Part shown: positions 17,736 through 27,474 of the stretch, in pieces
Numbering within the stretch: position 1 is the stretch's first letter
How the letters are laid out: the number at the start of each line of letters is the position of its first letter
Origin: Longimicrobiales bacterium
GTDB lineage: Bacteria > Gemmatimonadota > Gemmatimonadetes > Longimicrobiales > Gaopeijiaceae
Length of the DNA: 64,000 nucleotides
Direction of reading: 5' to 3'
Assembly: GCA_965203485.1 (NCBI GenBank)
Contig: OZ241892.1
Span: 1,920,001 to 1,984,000, forward strand
The notes under the pieces: model-generated
The model's database searches: none
What the model was told of the DNA's origin: nothing
The model's input: only the letters and a program-made list of their open reading frames with translations
Translations under genes and position numbers: made by a program

Positions 17736-20040
17736 ATGTTGCGTGCCGTGCGGATCCCGTTGGTCGTTGCCGCGGCGTTCGGCCTGTGGCCGGCCACCGG
17801 CGCGGAAGCGCGCGGCGCCCAGGTTCCCGGTTCGGGGGCCTGGGCGGTTCGCGCGGTCGACGACCGGTCCGGCAATCCGGTGCCGGGCGTGGTGCTCTTC
17901 TTTCCGGCCCTGTCGGCGAGCCGGCTCACCAACGACGGCGGGCTGGCGGAGTTGCCGGCGGCGGGCGATTCGCTCCGCGTCGTCGCGACCCGAATCGGGT
18001 ACGCCGAGCTGGACACGCTGTTGAGCTTGTCGGGGCGGGGCGCGGTCGTCGAGTTCCGGCTGGCGCGCGCGCCGGTCTCGCTGCAGCCGCTGACGGTCGA
18101 GGCGGACCGCCGCCTCACGTCGCGCGAGCTTCACCGCCTGCTGTTCGACCGCGAGGTCTCGATCGGCGCGTTCAGCATGACGCAGGCCGAGATCGAGGCG
18201 GTGCCGCCGATCGGGGAGCCGGACGTGTTCCGCAGCCTTGCAGGCGTTCGCCGGCGTGTCGAGCCTCAACGACTACAGCGGCCAGCTGTTCGTGAGGGGC
18301 GGAGCCGGCGACCAGACGCGGGTGCTGCTCGACGGCGCGCCCGTGTTCGCGCCCTATCACATGTTCGGGCTGTTCGGCGTGTTCAACTCGGGCGCGATCG
18401 AGGCGACCGAGTTCTACCGGGGCTCGATTCCCGCGCGCTACTGCGGAGCGTTGTCGGGCGTCGTGTCGGCGCGCAGCAGGACCGGCAACGCGCGGGGGAC
18501 CAGCGCGAGCGGCGGCGTCAGCTTTCTAGGCGCGCGCGTCGCGGCGAGCGGCGCGGCGCCGTGGGGAGGCGTCCGGTGGATGGCGGCGGGGCGCAAGGCG
18601 TCGGTCGACGTCGCGCGGGTCTCGATCCCGTATTCGTTCGAGGACCTGAACCTGGGACTCGAGGCGCATCCGGCGGAGCGGCACCGGCTGCGCGTCTCGC
18701 TGATGGCGTCGGGCGACGAGTTCGCTTGGCGGTTCGGGGACGACGCCAAGAGTTCTCTGCGCTCGGCGTGGGAGAACCTGGCGTCGTCGCTGTCGTGGTC
18801 GTGGGTTCGCGACGACCGGCTGGCCAGCGGCGTGACGGCGTACTACAGCCGGTACAGGGGCGACATCGGGGTCGACGACACCGGCGGCTCCGGGCCGGCC
18901 ACGGAGAATCGCGTCGCGGTGGCGGGACTGCGTGCCAACGTGACGCTGCGGGGCGAGACGGCCGGCTTGAGGGCGGGCGTCGCGTTCGAGGCGGGCCCGG
19001 TGGACCTTCGCGGCTTCCGTCCGGGCGCGTACATGGAAGGCGACGCTTCGCGGTCCTACCTGCACCTGTCGGCGTTCGCCGAGGCGGAGCGCTCGCTGGG
19101 CCCGGTGCGGCTGGCGCCGGGCGTGCGCGTGGGCGCGGAGCGGCGGGCGTCGCGGCGGTTCGTCGAGCCGCGCTTCTCGGTCCGCTGGCGCGCGGACGCG
19201 TTCGCGCTCAGCCTCAGCCTCGACCGCACGTACCAGTTCATGTCGCAGCTCGCGGACGCTCGCTTCGATCCGCCGGGCGCGCCCATGTGGTTCGTGCATC
19301 CGGGCGAGCATCCGGCGTCCTTGGCCGACGGCCTGAGCGTCTCGGCCGACGCTTGGCGCGGCGACGCCTGGACGGCGGCGGCGGCCGCGTGGACCCGGCG
19401 CTTCCGCAACAAGCCGTACTGGCGGCCCGGCCAGCCGAGAGACCTGGCGGCGCTCGAGTTCCACGACGGGACCGGACACGGCATCGAAGTCACGGTGCGC
19501 AGGCACTCGGGCCGGGTTCGGGGTTGGCTGTCGTACCAGTGGGCGCGCGTCGCGTTCCAGGACGGCGACGGCGCCGAGTACTTCCCCGCGTGGGACCGCC
19601 GGCACGAACTCGACGGCACCGTCACGACCCGCGTCGCGGGCCAACTCGACGTGTCCGTCAGGGCAACCGTGGGAACAGGCGCGCCGTTCTGGTTCCCGGC
19701 CGGCTTCCTCAGCCTGGTCCGGTACGACCCGAACCAGCGGTCGGTCTTCGGCCGCACCTTCTTCGAGCGACTTGTCACGGACCAAGCGGGCACCGTGACG
19801 TTTTGGTCGTCCGTCCAGGGCCGTGTTCCGCTGTACGCTCGCTACGACATATCCTTGCGGTACGCGTTGCGCTGGGGCTCCTGGGAAGTGATCCCCTACG
19901 CGTCGGTCGTCAATGTCGCCAACCGCGTTAACGTGCTTCGGTACTATGGCCACACGCGATCGCGGACGGGAGAAGACACGTTGCTCTCGGAACGTCAACT
20001 TCCAGTGGTCCCTTTCCTGGGGATCGACTTCCGCTTCTAA
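17736..20040 (+). pseudogene. TonB-dependent-receptor-like outer membrane protein with a frameshift
   Basis: Signal peptide, carboxypeptidase-regulatory-like domain (RIGYA) and plug start (GEPDVFRSL) in one frame. It continues as QAFAGVSSLNDYSGQLFVRGG...LLDGAPV..PYH, ending in GIDFRF, in another frame. One extra base in AGCCTTGCAG near 18237-18240. Confidence 0.8.
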
Positions 20041-20064
20041 TCCCAACTGACCGAGGACAAGACG

Positions 20065-20919
20065 ATGCGTCATGGAATCCTGCTGGCCGTCGCAATCGCG
20101 ACCGGAGTTGCCGCCTGCAGCGATGTCGTCCATCCGACGCCACCCGACGAGATCCTCAGCGATCGCCTCTTCGTCTACGCGGCCCTCGACCCCGACGAGG
20201 TACACCAGTGGATCGCAGTCGCGCCAGTGGACGCGCGGTACCCACCGGTGGTCACCGTGGCCATCTACAGAAAGACAAGCAGCCAAGCAGGATCAGGCTG
20301 GACCCTGGTCGCGAGCGACAGCTCGGCCGGGCCCAAGGACCACGACCACAACCCGGATTGCGTGTCCAATCTCTTCAGCGGCGCCCATTGCTTGGTGCCG
20401 CACGCCAGTCTCGCACCGGGCGCAGTCTACATGGTCGAAGCCACCGCCGACGGCTTCCCTTCCGCCCGGGGCGCTACGCGCATCCCTGGCGACTTTCAGG
20501 TCGAGTCGGCGACGCTTTCCCGCAACGGGGGCACGCACGTCATCAGCGCCGAATGGACGGCCAGCGACCACGTCCACCGCTATCTCTTTGCCGCGAGGCG
20601 GCACTGGATCGAGTGCGTCAACTGCTTCCGGGCATGGAACGTGGATGTGGACAGCACGAGCTTCACTGGACCCTTGCCCCAAGTGGCCGTCGACAGTCTT
20701 GGACCAGACCCCACCGTGGAAGTCATGGCTGCCGACGAGCACCTCCATGCCTTTGTCACGTCGGGGCTGGGCGACCAGTTGCTGAGTATTCCGCCCGTGA
20801 TGAACGTGGAAGGCGGCTTCGGCGTCGTCGGGTCCGCCCGCTACCGAACCCGGTCCATCGCCATGCCGGACCAGTCGGCCGGCGGGAAGAGCGAACGCCG
20901 GGCGCCGACTGGGAATTAG
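20065..20919 (+). CDS. Lipoprotein partner of TonB-dependent receptor (DUF4249-like)
   Basis: Lipobox VAAC; LFVYAALDPD; PGAVYMVEA; C-terminal NVEGGFGVVGS. Confidence 0.65.
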   Translation: MRHGILLAVAIATGVAACSDVVHPTPPDEILSDRLFVYAALDPDEVHQWIAVAPVDARYPPVVTVAIYRKTSSQAGSGWTLVASDSSAGPKDHDHNPDCVSNLFSGAHCLVPHASLAPGAVYMVEATADGFPSARGATRIPGDFQVESATLSRNGGTHVISAEWTASDHVHRYLFAARRHWIECVNCFRAWNVDVDSTSFTGPLPQVAVDSLGPDPTVEVMAADEHLHAFVTSGLGDQLLSIPPVMNVEGGFGVVGSARYRTRSIAMPDQSAGGKSERRAPTGN

Positions 20920-22298
20920 GGCCGGTACTCGTCCATCTCGCGCTTGACGATGGGCGCCAGGAAGTAGAGGCCGGCCAAGTTCGGGATGGCGATGACGAAG
21001 ACCAGCGCGTCGGCGAAGTCCAGGAGGGCGGCCAGCTCAACGCTGGACCCGATCACGACGCACGCGCAGAAGAAGAGCTTGAAGCCGAGGTCGCGAAGGC
21101 GGCCCTGGCCGACCAGGTACGTGAACGCCTTGAGGCCGTAGTAGGACCACGCCAGCATGGTCGAGTAGGCGAAGAGCAGGGCGAACACTGCGAGCGCGGC
21201 GGGCGCCCACGGGACCACCGTGGCGAACGCGCTTGCGGTGAGTTCTATGCCGCTGGCCTCGCCGCCTGCCATCGAGGGGTCGTAGACGGTCGTGATGATC
21301 ACGATCGCCGTCATCGTGCAGATCACGACCGTGTCGATGAAGGGCTCGAGCAACGCCACGTAGCCTTCGCTCACGGGCTTGGGCGTCTGAGCTGTGGAAT
21401 GGGCGATCGCCGCGCTCCCGAGGCCTGCCTCGTTGGAGAAGAGAGCGCGCCGGAAGCCGAGGACGGCCACGCCCAACGCACCGCCCGCGATGCCTTCGGC
21501 TTGGAACGCACCGTCCCAGATCGCCGCAAGGGCCCACGGCACGCGCTCGGCGTTGATCGCAACCACGGCCAGGGCCGACCCCACGTACAGGAGCGCCATC
21601 GACGGCACCAGCTTCTCGGTGGTGTTGGCGATCGAGCGAATGCCGCCCACGATGACGACCCCGACCAGCGCCGCCAGGACAATCCCCAGCATCCACGGGC
21701 TTCCGGAAAGGAAGTCGCTGTCGAGCACGTCCAGCAGAATCACGGTCGCTTGGTTCGACTGGAACATGTTGCCGATGCCCAGGCAGCCCACCACGATGCT
21801 GACCGCGTAGAAGGTCCCGAGAGCGGCGCCGAGCCTCGGGAGACCGCGGTCCCGGAGTCCGCGCGACAAGTAGTGCATCGGGCCGCCCGAGACCGATCCG
21901 TCCGGATGCGTCCTGCGGTACAGCACGCCCAGCGTGCACTCGGCGAACTTCGTGGACATGCCCAGCAGGCCCGCCACGATCATCCAGAAGGTCGCGCCGG
22001 GGCCGCCCACCGTGATCGCCACGGCGACCGTCGCGATGTTGCCGATCCCGACCGTGCCCGACACGGCGGTCGCAAGCGCCTGGAACTGCGATATCTCGCC
22101 CGGGTCCCCCGGCTTGCGGTACTTGCCCGAGAGGATGCGGACGGCGAGAGCGAACCCGCGCACGTTGACGAACCGCAAGTACGTCGTGAAGAAGACGCCG
22201 CCCGCCACCAGCCAAAGGACGATGAGCGGCAACTGCGCACCCAGCGCCGATATCTCGAAGAAGATGAATCCCGAAAGAGCGTCCGCCAGGGGCCGCAT
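20916..22298 (-). CDS. Alanine/glycine:cation symporter (AGCS family)
   Basis: GEISQFQAL, GTVGIGNI, GGPGATFWM, GGPMHYL, FSNEAGLGSAAIAH, EPFIDTVVICTMT. ATG overlaps the upstream TGA. Confidence 0.93.
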   Translation of the reverse strand: MRPLADALSGFIFFEISALGAQLPLIVLWLVAGGVFFTTYLRFVNVRGFALAVRILSGKYRKPGDPGEISQFQALATAVSGTVGIGNIATVAVAITVGGPGATFWMIVAGLLGMSTKFAECTLGVLYRRTHPDGSVSGGPMHYLSRGLRDRGLPRLGAALGTFYAVSIVVGCLGIGNMFQSNQATVILLDVLDSDFLSGSPWMLGIVLAALVGVVIVGGIRSIANTTEKLVPSMALLYVGSALAVVAINAERVPWALAAIWDGAFQAEGIAGGALGVAVLGFRRALFSNEAGLGSAAIAHSTAQTPKPVSEGYVALLEPFIDTVVICTMTAIVIITTVYDPSMAGGEASGIELTASAFATVVPWAPAALAVFALLFAYSTMLAWSYYGLKAFTYLVGQGRLRDLGFKLFFCACVVIGSSVELAALLDFADALVFVIAIPNLAGLYFLAPIVKREMDEYRP

Positions 22299-22816
22299 CA
22301 CGCCGTCGATGCGATCAGTCTCCGGTTGGGTGGCCGCGCGCTCGGCAACCCCCGGTCCCGCTGGGGCAAACGCGCCCGCGCAAGCACGAGTTCCGCGGCG
22401 AACTCCTCGGCCAGCAGGCGGTCGGCGCGCCTGATGCGGAGCACGAGCTTGGCGGGATGCTTGAGGCGAAGCCCCTGGCCGCCCGCGATCCCGTCGAAGG
22501 CGACCAAGTCTGCCGCCGTCACGACCAGCCGCGGCCCTCGGAGAAAGCCCCAACGGCTTCTTGGGACCACCGCGCCGGCAACGTGTGCCAGCGGAATCGC
22601 AATCTCCCGCACCGGCTCGATCTCGTCCGTCGTGGCCCAGGTCCTGCCTACCGATTCGGTTCGCACGGCCACCCGCCATTGGACGACCAAGCGCTCCGGC
22701 TCCAACCGCAACAGCCCGTGCGCGGTCTCCGTGGTCGCAGTGTAGGAATCCGAGTCCCACGCCGAGAAGCTGCGCTTCAGCATGAAGGGCACCGCCGAGA
22801 CCGTCGGCACCGACAT
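22298..22816 (-). CDS. Hypothetical protein
   Basis: Globular-looking ORF (VPFMLKRS...HGLLRLEPERLVVQWR) translationally coupled (TGATG) to the AGCS gene. Confidence 0.6.
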   Translation of the reverse strand: MSVPTVSAVPFMLKRSFSAWDSDSYTATTETAHGLLRLEPERLVVQWRVAVRTESVGRTWATTDEIEPVREIAIPLAHVAGAVVPRSRWGFLRGPRLVVTAADLVAFDGIAGGQGLRLKHPAKLVLRIRRADRLLAEEFAAELVLARARLPQRDRGLPSARPPNRRLIASTA

Positions 22817-22878
22817 CGACGCCGTTGCGGCTTCCGGCGCGCAGGCGGGGTTGGCGTCGGCCACGGGGCTGCGCTCGG

Positions 22879-22992
22879 CTAGTCTCGGGTCTTGCCCGAT
22901 TCCCTTCGGACGGCGGTGCGAAGCACGATCGCAAATCCGCCCCACGCGAACGCCATGACGGCGATCATCGTGATCCAGGCGGTCGTGGTCAT
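22879..22992 (-). CDS. Small single-TM protein resembling the MetS-family NSS transporter small subunit
   Basis: Manual translation MTTTAWITMIAVMAFAWGGFAIVLRTAVRRESGKTRD*: one hydrophobic helix with a WGG motif and a charged tail. Below the ORF-track length cut-off. Confidence 0.7.
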   Translation of the reverse strand: MTTTAWITMIAVMAFAWGGFAIVLRTAVRRESGKTRD

Positions 22993-23170
22993 CAAGAACG
23001 GGCTCGGGGTGGGCATGGGGTCATGAGACTTTCGCCTCACGGACCGAGCGATCGGCCGAACCGGCCAAGCGACGTCTGGTCAAGATAATCGACAGCCACG
23101 GGGGCGAACAAGATGGCCGGCCAAGCGACGCGGATCGACCTTCGCTTCGCTCGGCCGTTGCCAAAGCGCG

Positions 23171-25171
23171 TCACCGGCGGCGCACCAGGCGGAAGCGGAA
23201 GCGCTTGTCAGGGCGGATGGTGGGAATCGTGGACGTGGTCAGCTCGTAGCCGGGCGGGTCCATCGCGAGTTCTGCCTCGTGGACGATCGTCGCGAAGTTG
23301 AGAACGATCTGCGCCTCCGCGAAGCCGGCCCCCAGGCAACGGTGCGACCCCAGGCCGAAGGGAACGAAGGCGTTGCGCTGGCGGTGTTCGGCGCGGCCGG
23401 GGAGGTAGCGGTCGATGTCGAACGCGTACGGCTCGGGAAAGAGCTCCGGCACGAAGTGGGAGACGGTGGCCGCCACGAGCATGACGACGCCCGCCGGGAC
23501 GCGGTGGCCGGCGAATTCGAAGCTGTTCGACACGTGGCGCGGAATGACGGGCACGATGGGATAGCGGCGGAGCGTCTCGAGCGCGACCCTGTGCGTCGTC
23601 TCGAGCTTGCGCAGGCCGCGGGCCGTCGGGGCGCCCGCCGCGAAGAGAGCGTCCGCCTCGGCCCTGACGCGCTCGAGCGCCTCGGGATGCTTGAAGAGCG
23701 AGTACAGCATGTAGGCGCAACTCACGCCGACCGTGTCCAGTCCCACCAAGTAGGGCGTCATCACGCCGAACTTGAGGTCCGTCTCGGGAAAGAACACCGG
23801 ATCCTGTTCGTGCAGCTCCAGCAGGTCGTTGACCATGTCGCCGGCATCCGCCCAGCGCCCTCCGGGCCGGTGCTCCTCGACGACTTGCGTCACGGCGTCC
23901 TCGATGCGGCGGCGCACCTTCCCGAACTTGCGCGCGTAGAGGAACATGGGCCGCTGGCGCGCGATGCGCGTGCTCAGCAGCGTGTCGAAGAAGAAGAGGA
24001 AGTCCTCCATGTACTCGGCGGGGCTCGAATGCGTGAGGATCGTGCCCAGCTGGCGCGAGATGATGCGCTGCATCGCGTGCACGCCCCCGACGGAGCGGCC
24101 GCCCCATTCGTCGATCTCGCTGCGCGCGATGTCGGCGGCCACGTCCATGTGGTCCTCGAAGCGGCCGCGGGAGTATAGCGCCGCGTTGAAGCGCCGGAAG
24201 CGGACGTGCTCGGGGCCGTCCATCGCCGTGAGGACCTTCGACAGGCCGAGTTCCTGGAAGAATCCGGCCCAGGGCTCGAACGAGCGCAGGTAGCGCTTGC
24301 CGTGCTTGTGCACCCACGTGTTGGCTTCCTGGCCGGCCAAGACGTACACCTCGTGGCCCAGGAACCGGACCTTGAAGAGAGGTCCCAGCTCCAGGTGCTT
24401 CGCGACGAGGAAGTCGGTGAGGTTCTTGCGGGCCTCCAGCGCGCAACCGAGCAGGGGCAGGCCCTTCGCGAACGGAATGGACTTGGCCGCGGGAGGCGCG
24501 GGCTTCGATTCCGCCTCGTCGACCAGCTCGCGCACGACCTGCGACACGGTGCGGCCGATCAGGTCCAGGCGGCGCACCACGCTCAGCCGCTCGGCCACGT
24601 CGCTCAGCTCGTCCTTGGCGAGGACGCCCTCGAAGAGACCACAGGCGTCGGCCAGCCCGATGATGGCCGCGTCGCGCGGATCGGGCACGTCGTCGTCGAA
24701 GAGCACCTGCATGACCCGCAACCGCACCTCCTGCTGGGCGCCTCCGTCGCCCGCGACGGGGTAGCGGCGAGCGCGGCGCACCTTCTGCGACAGGGCGATC
24801 AGGCCCTCCTCGGCGGACTCGAGGATGCCGGCTTCGACCAAGCGGCTCAGCGCGGCCTCGCGAACGGCCTCCCCGTCCTCGGCGACTTCCCGCAACCAGC
24901 GCTCGGCGTTGCGGGCCTGGCCGCTCGGAGACGCCTCGGCGCTTGCGGCGATGCGGGCCAGCACGGGGTCCAGCAGGCCGTCGCCCAGCGGCTCTGCGCT
25001 GACGAGCATCAGCTTCTCGAGGTCCGTGTCGATCCTGTCCTCGAACGCCAAGTCCATCAGGATCGCGCCGGCCAGCGCATGATGCAGGCGCGCGTCCCCG
25101 ACCTCGGCCAAGTCGCCGGACCGCTCGTCGAGGAGCAGCAGCAGGATTTCTTCCGCGAGGCGCAGCTTCAC
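23171..25171 (-). CDS. GPP34 (Golgi phosphoprotein 3-like)-cytochrome P450 fusion
   Basis: N-terminus LRLAEEILLLLLDE...ALAGAILMDLAFEDRID...RLVEAGIL...RRYP...PDPRDAAIIGLADACGL; C-terminal P450 with GLDT, ETLR and FGLGSHRCLG. GTG overlaps the HEPN stop. Confidence 0.88.
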   Translation of the reverse strand: MKLRLAEEILLLLLDERSGDLAEVGDARLHHALAGAILMDLAFEDRIDTDLEKLMLVSAEPLGDGLLDPVLARIAASAEASPSGQARNAERWLREVAEDGEAVREAALSRLVEAGILESAEEGLIALSQKVRRARRYPVAGDGGAQQEVRLRVMQVLFDDDVPDPRDAAIIGLADACGLFEGVLAKDELSDVAERLSVVRRLDLIGRTVSQVVRELVDEAESKPAPPAAKSIPFAKGLPLLGCALEARKNLTDFLVAKHLELGPLFKVRFLGHEVYVLAGQEANTWVHKHGKRYLRSFEPWAGFFQELGLSKVLTAMDGPEHVRFRRFNAALYSRGRFEDHMDVAADIARSEIDEWGGRSVGGVHAMQRIISRQLGTILTHSSPAEYMEDFLFFFDTLLSTRIARQRPMFLYARKFGKVRRRIEDAVTQVVEEHRPGGRWADAGDMVNDLLELHEQDPVFFPETDLKFGVMTPYLVGLDTVGVSCAYMLYSLFKHPEALERVRAEADALFAAGAPTARGLRKLETTHRVALETLRRYPIVPVIPRHVSNSFEFAGHRVPAGVVMLVAATVSHFVPELFPEPYAFDIDRYLPGRAEHRQRNAFVPFGLGSHRCLGAGFAEAQIVLNFATIVHEAELAMDPPGYELTTSTIPTIRPDKRFRFRLVRRR

Positions 25172-25611
25172 TTGGAGTCTTCCCTTGCCGGGTCGTCGCG
25201 ATCCGCGTGCCGAGCGCGCATGTGTTCCTCGGCGGCCGCCAAGACGCGGGCCGCGCATTCGATGGCGGTGGCGGCCTGTCGGGCCGAAAACGCCTCGGCG
25301 GGCGTCCCTTCCTCCAACCCGTTCGGGTACCGGGCAGGCACATAGTACAGGTCGAGCGTCCGGGCCTCTTCCGTTACGGCGGCAAGGCGCGAAGCCGCTG
25401 GATCAAGGCGCGCGATCAGGGCGCGAACGCTGTGCCCGAGGACGGCGCGCGCACCCGCGGCGTAGTGGGCCGCCTTGACGGCCTTTTCCGCGGCTTGCTG
25501 GGCCGCGAAGCAGGACTGCGCATGATAACCTCCTTGCGTCGAGAACCGAGCAAAGCGGAGGTCGTCCTTGGCCGACGCCAGCCAGCGCAGAGCCTCCTGG
25601 GCGCTCGTCAC
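25168..25611 (-). CDS. HEPN domain protein
   Basis: RWLASAKDDL, CFAAQQAAEKAVKA, GHSV, LDLYYVPARYP. Confidence 0.88.
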   Translation of the reverse strand: MTSAQEALRWLASAKDDLRFARFSTQGGYHAQSCFAAQQAAEKAVKAAHYAAGARAVLGHSVRALIARLDPAASRLAAVTEEARTLDLYYVPARYPNGLEEGTPAEAFSARQAATAIECAARVLAAAEEHMRARHADRDDPAREDSK

Positions 25612-26075
25612 GGCGACGGGTCAGCGCGATAGACTTCCATGCCCTCGCGGGCCAGCGCGTCGAACACGCCGAAGCCGGCTTTGCGGCCGGCGGCGAATTC
25701 TGCCGGCGTGTATACGACGAGATCGACGACGACCGGCAACGCATCGTCAAGCTCGGCCGCCAACGTCGCTGCTCGCTCCAGACGTGCAAGCCGCGTCTCC
25801 ATGACGACCGCCAAGTCCAAATCGGAGAAGCCGTCGGCCTCGCCACGGGCCCACGACCCGAAGGCCACGGCGCGGTGGACGCCCGCGGACTTCAATGCGG
25901 GACGCGCGCGCCGGCGCAACTCGCCGAAGGAGCACGGCGCGGGGAGACGCAACGTTGCAACCTCCTCCGCGCCCGCAGCCGATGCCGTGGGCGCGGGCGA
26001 CGTCCGCGATGCCGAGACCGATGTCCGCGCGCGGGGTCCCGGGCGGGCGTGATCCATCTCGTTCGCGCCGCGCAT
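25608..26075 (-). CDS. Minimal nucleotidyltransferase (MNT)
   Basis: FGSWARGEADGFSDLD matches GSX10DXD; VDLVVYTPAEF. True start is probably downstream of the ORF-track start. Confidence 0.85.
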   Translation of the reverse strand: MRGANEMDHARPGPRARTSVSASRTSPAPTASAAGAEEVATLRLPAPCSFGELRRRARPALKSAGVHRAVAFGSWARGEADGFSDLDLAVVMETRLARLERAATLAAELDDALPVVVDLVVYTPAEFAAGRKAGFGVFDALAREGMEVYRADPSP

Positions 26076-26085
26076 CGCCCCGTCC

Positions 26086-26670
26086 CTACCGGCCGCGCCT
26101 TGCCGCCAGGTCGGCCGCTCGCACCTGCAGGACGTCGCCCACGCTTCGCATGCCGTCGATCACGTTCTGGATGTGGACCATCCGGTCCAGGCCGACGTAC
26201 TCGATGCCCCGGTGCACTGCCTCCCGGTGGACGCCGGCCGCGAACGCCTTGTCCTTGAGCTTCTTGACGACAGACTTCGGCCGGAGGTCGTCGATGCCGT
26301 TGGGGCGAACCAGGCAACAGGCGTACACCAAGCCGCTGAGCTCGTCGCATGCGTACAGGACCTTGTCCAGCGGCGCCCGCGGAGCCACGTCGGTCCGGTC
26401 GGGGTAGCCGTGAGCGAGGACGGCGCGCACCACGTCTTCGGGGTAATCGAGTTCGCGAAGCCGGGCGACGGCCCGGTGCGGATGCTCGTCGGGAAACCGC
26501 TCCCAGTCGAGGTCGTGGAGGAGTCCGGCGAAACCCCAAAGCTCCATGTCCTCGTCCATCAGGCGGGCGTAGTGGCGAACGGCGGCCTCCACGGCGTACA
26601 TATGCTTTCGGAGCGCGTCGCTCTCGACCCACTCGTTGAGGAGCGCGACTGCGTCGGACCGGGTTGGCAT
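26086..26670 (-). CDS. HD-domain (HDIG-type) phosphohydrolase
   Basis: LRKHMYAVE, GLLHDLDWE, ACDELSG, SVVKKLKDKAFAAGVHRE. Confidence 0.88.
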   Translation of the reverse strand: MPTRSDAVALLNEWVESDALRKHMYAVEAAVRHYARLMDEDMELWGFAGLLHDLDWERFPDEHPHRAVARLRELDYPEDVVRAVLAHGYPDRTDVAPRAPLDKVLYACDELSGLVYACCLVRPNGIDDLRPKSVVKKLKDKAFAAGVHREAVHRGIEYVGLDRMVHIQNVIDGMRSVGDVLQVRAADLAARRGR

Positions 26671-26713
26671 GGCGGTATTCGTTGGGCAGCGAGAGGCGGC
26701 AGCGAACGGCACG

Positions 26714-27364
26714 TCAAACGGCGCTCGACGGGCACAGGTGCGACACGGCGCACTCGTTGCAGCGGGGACGCCGGGCCGGACAGATCTGCCGCCCGTGGTA
26801 GATGAGCAGGTGGGCCAGCATCGTCCAAGCGCCGACCGGAAAGAGGTCCATCAAGTCGCGTTCGATCTTGTCCGGATTCGTCTCCGCCGAGAATCCGAGC
26901 CGGCCCGACAGGCGCTTGACGTGCGTGTCCACGACCACGCCCTCGTCGATGCCGAACGCGTTGCCGAGGATGACGTTGGCGGTCTTGCGGCCGACGCCCG
27001 GAAGCGCGGCCAGCTCCTTCATGGTGCGCGGCAACTCGCCGCCGTGCTCCTCGACGACCGCCGTCGCCATGCGCACCAAGCTGCGCGCCTTGTTTCGGAA
27101 GAACCCGGTGGAGCGGATCAGCTCCTCGACCTCCTCCTGCTCGGCGCCGGCCAGCGAGCCAGCGTCCGGAAACCGCTTGAACAGGCCGGGCGTCACCATG
27201 TTCACGCGGACGTCCGTGCACTGGGCGGACAGAATCGTGGCCACGGCCAGCTCGAACGGCGAGCGGTAGTCCAAGGCGCACTTGGCATCCGGATAATCGC
27301 CGGAGAGATGCTCGTAGATCTGGGCGGCCCGCAACCGTCTGGCCTTCTTCGATTCTCTGGGCAT
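26714..27364 (-). CDS. nth: Endonuclease III
   Basis: ILSAQCTDVRVN, HhH LPGVGRKTANV, VDTHV, and the Fe-S motif C-X6-C-X2-C-X5-C. Confidence 0.96.
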   Translation of the reverse strand: MPRESKKARRLRAAQIYEHLSGDYPDAKCALDYRSPFELAVATILSAQCTDVRVNMVTPGLFKRFPDAGSLAGAEQEEVEELIRSTGFFRNKARSLVRMATAVVEEHGGELPRTMKELAALPGVGRKTANVILGNAFGIDEGVVVDTHVKRLSGRLGFSAETNPDKIERDLMDLFPVGAWTMLAHLLIYHGRQICPARRPRCNECAVSHLCPSSAV

Positions 27365-27474
27365 GGATCCTGATCGAGATCCTGATCGAACCTTTGCGGC
27401 AACTTGCTCGACTGTCTCGCGCAACGTCACCGGACCCCAAAAAAGTGGGCGGACCGGCGCGGCGAGGCAAGCAC

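Noticed and set aside
27366..27389. Tandem GATCCTGATCGA x2 (also CCGGACTGT x2 near 3134 and GACGGTGGG x2 near 56328)
   Set aside because: Two-copy local duplications with no spacers and no cas genes. No CRISPR array was seen in the window.
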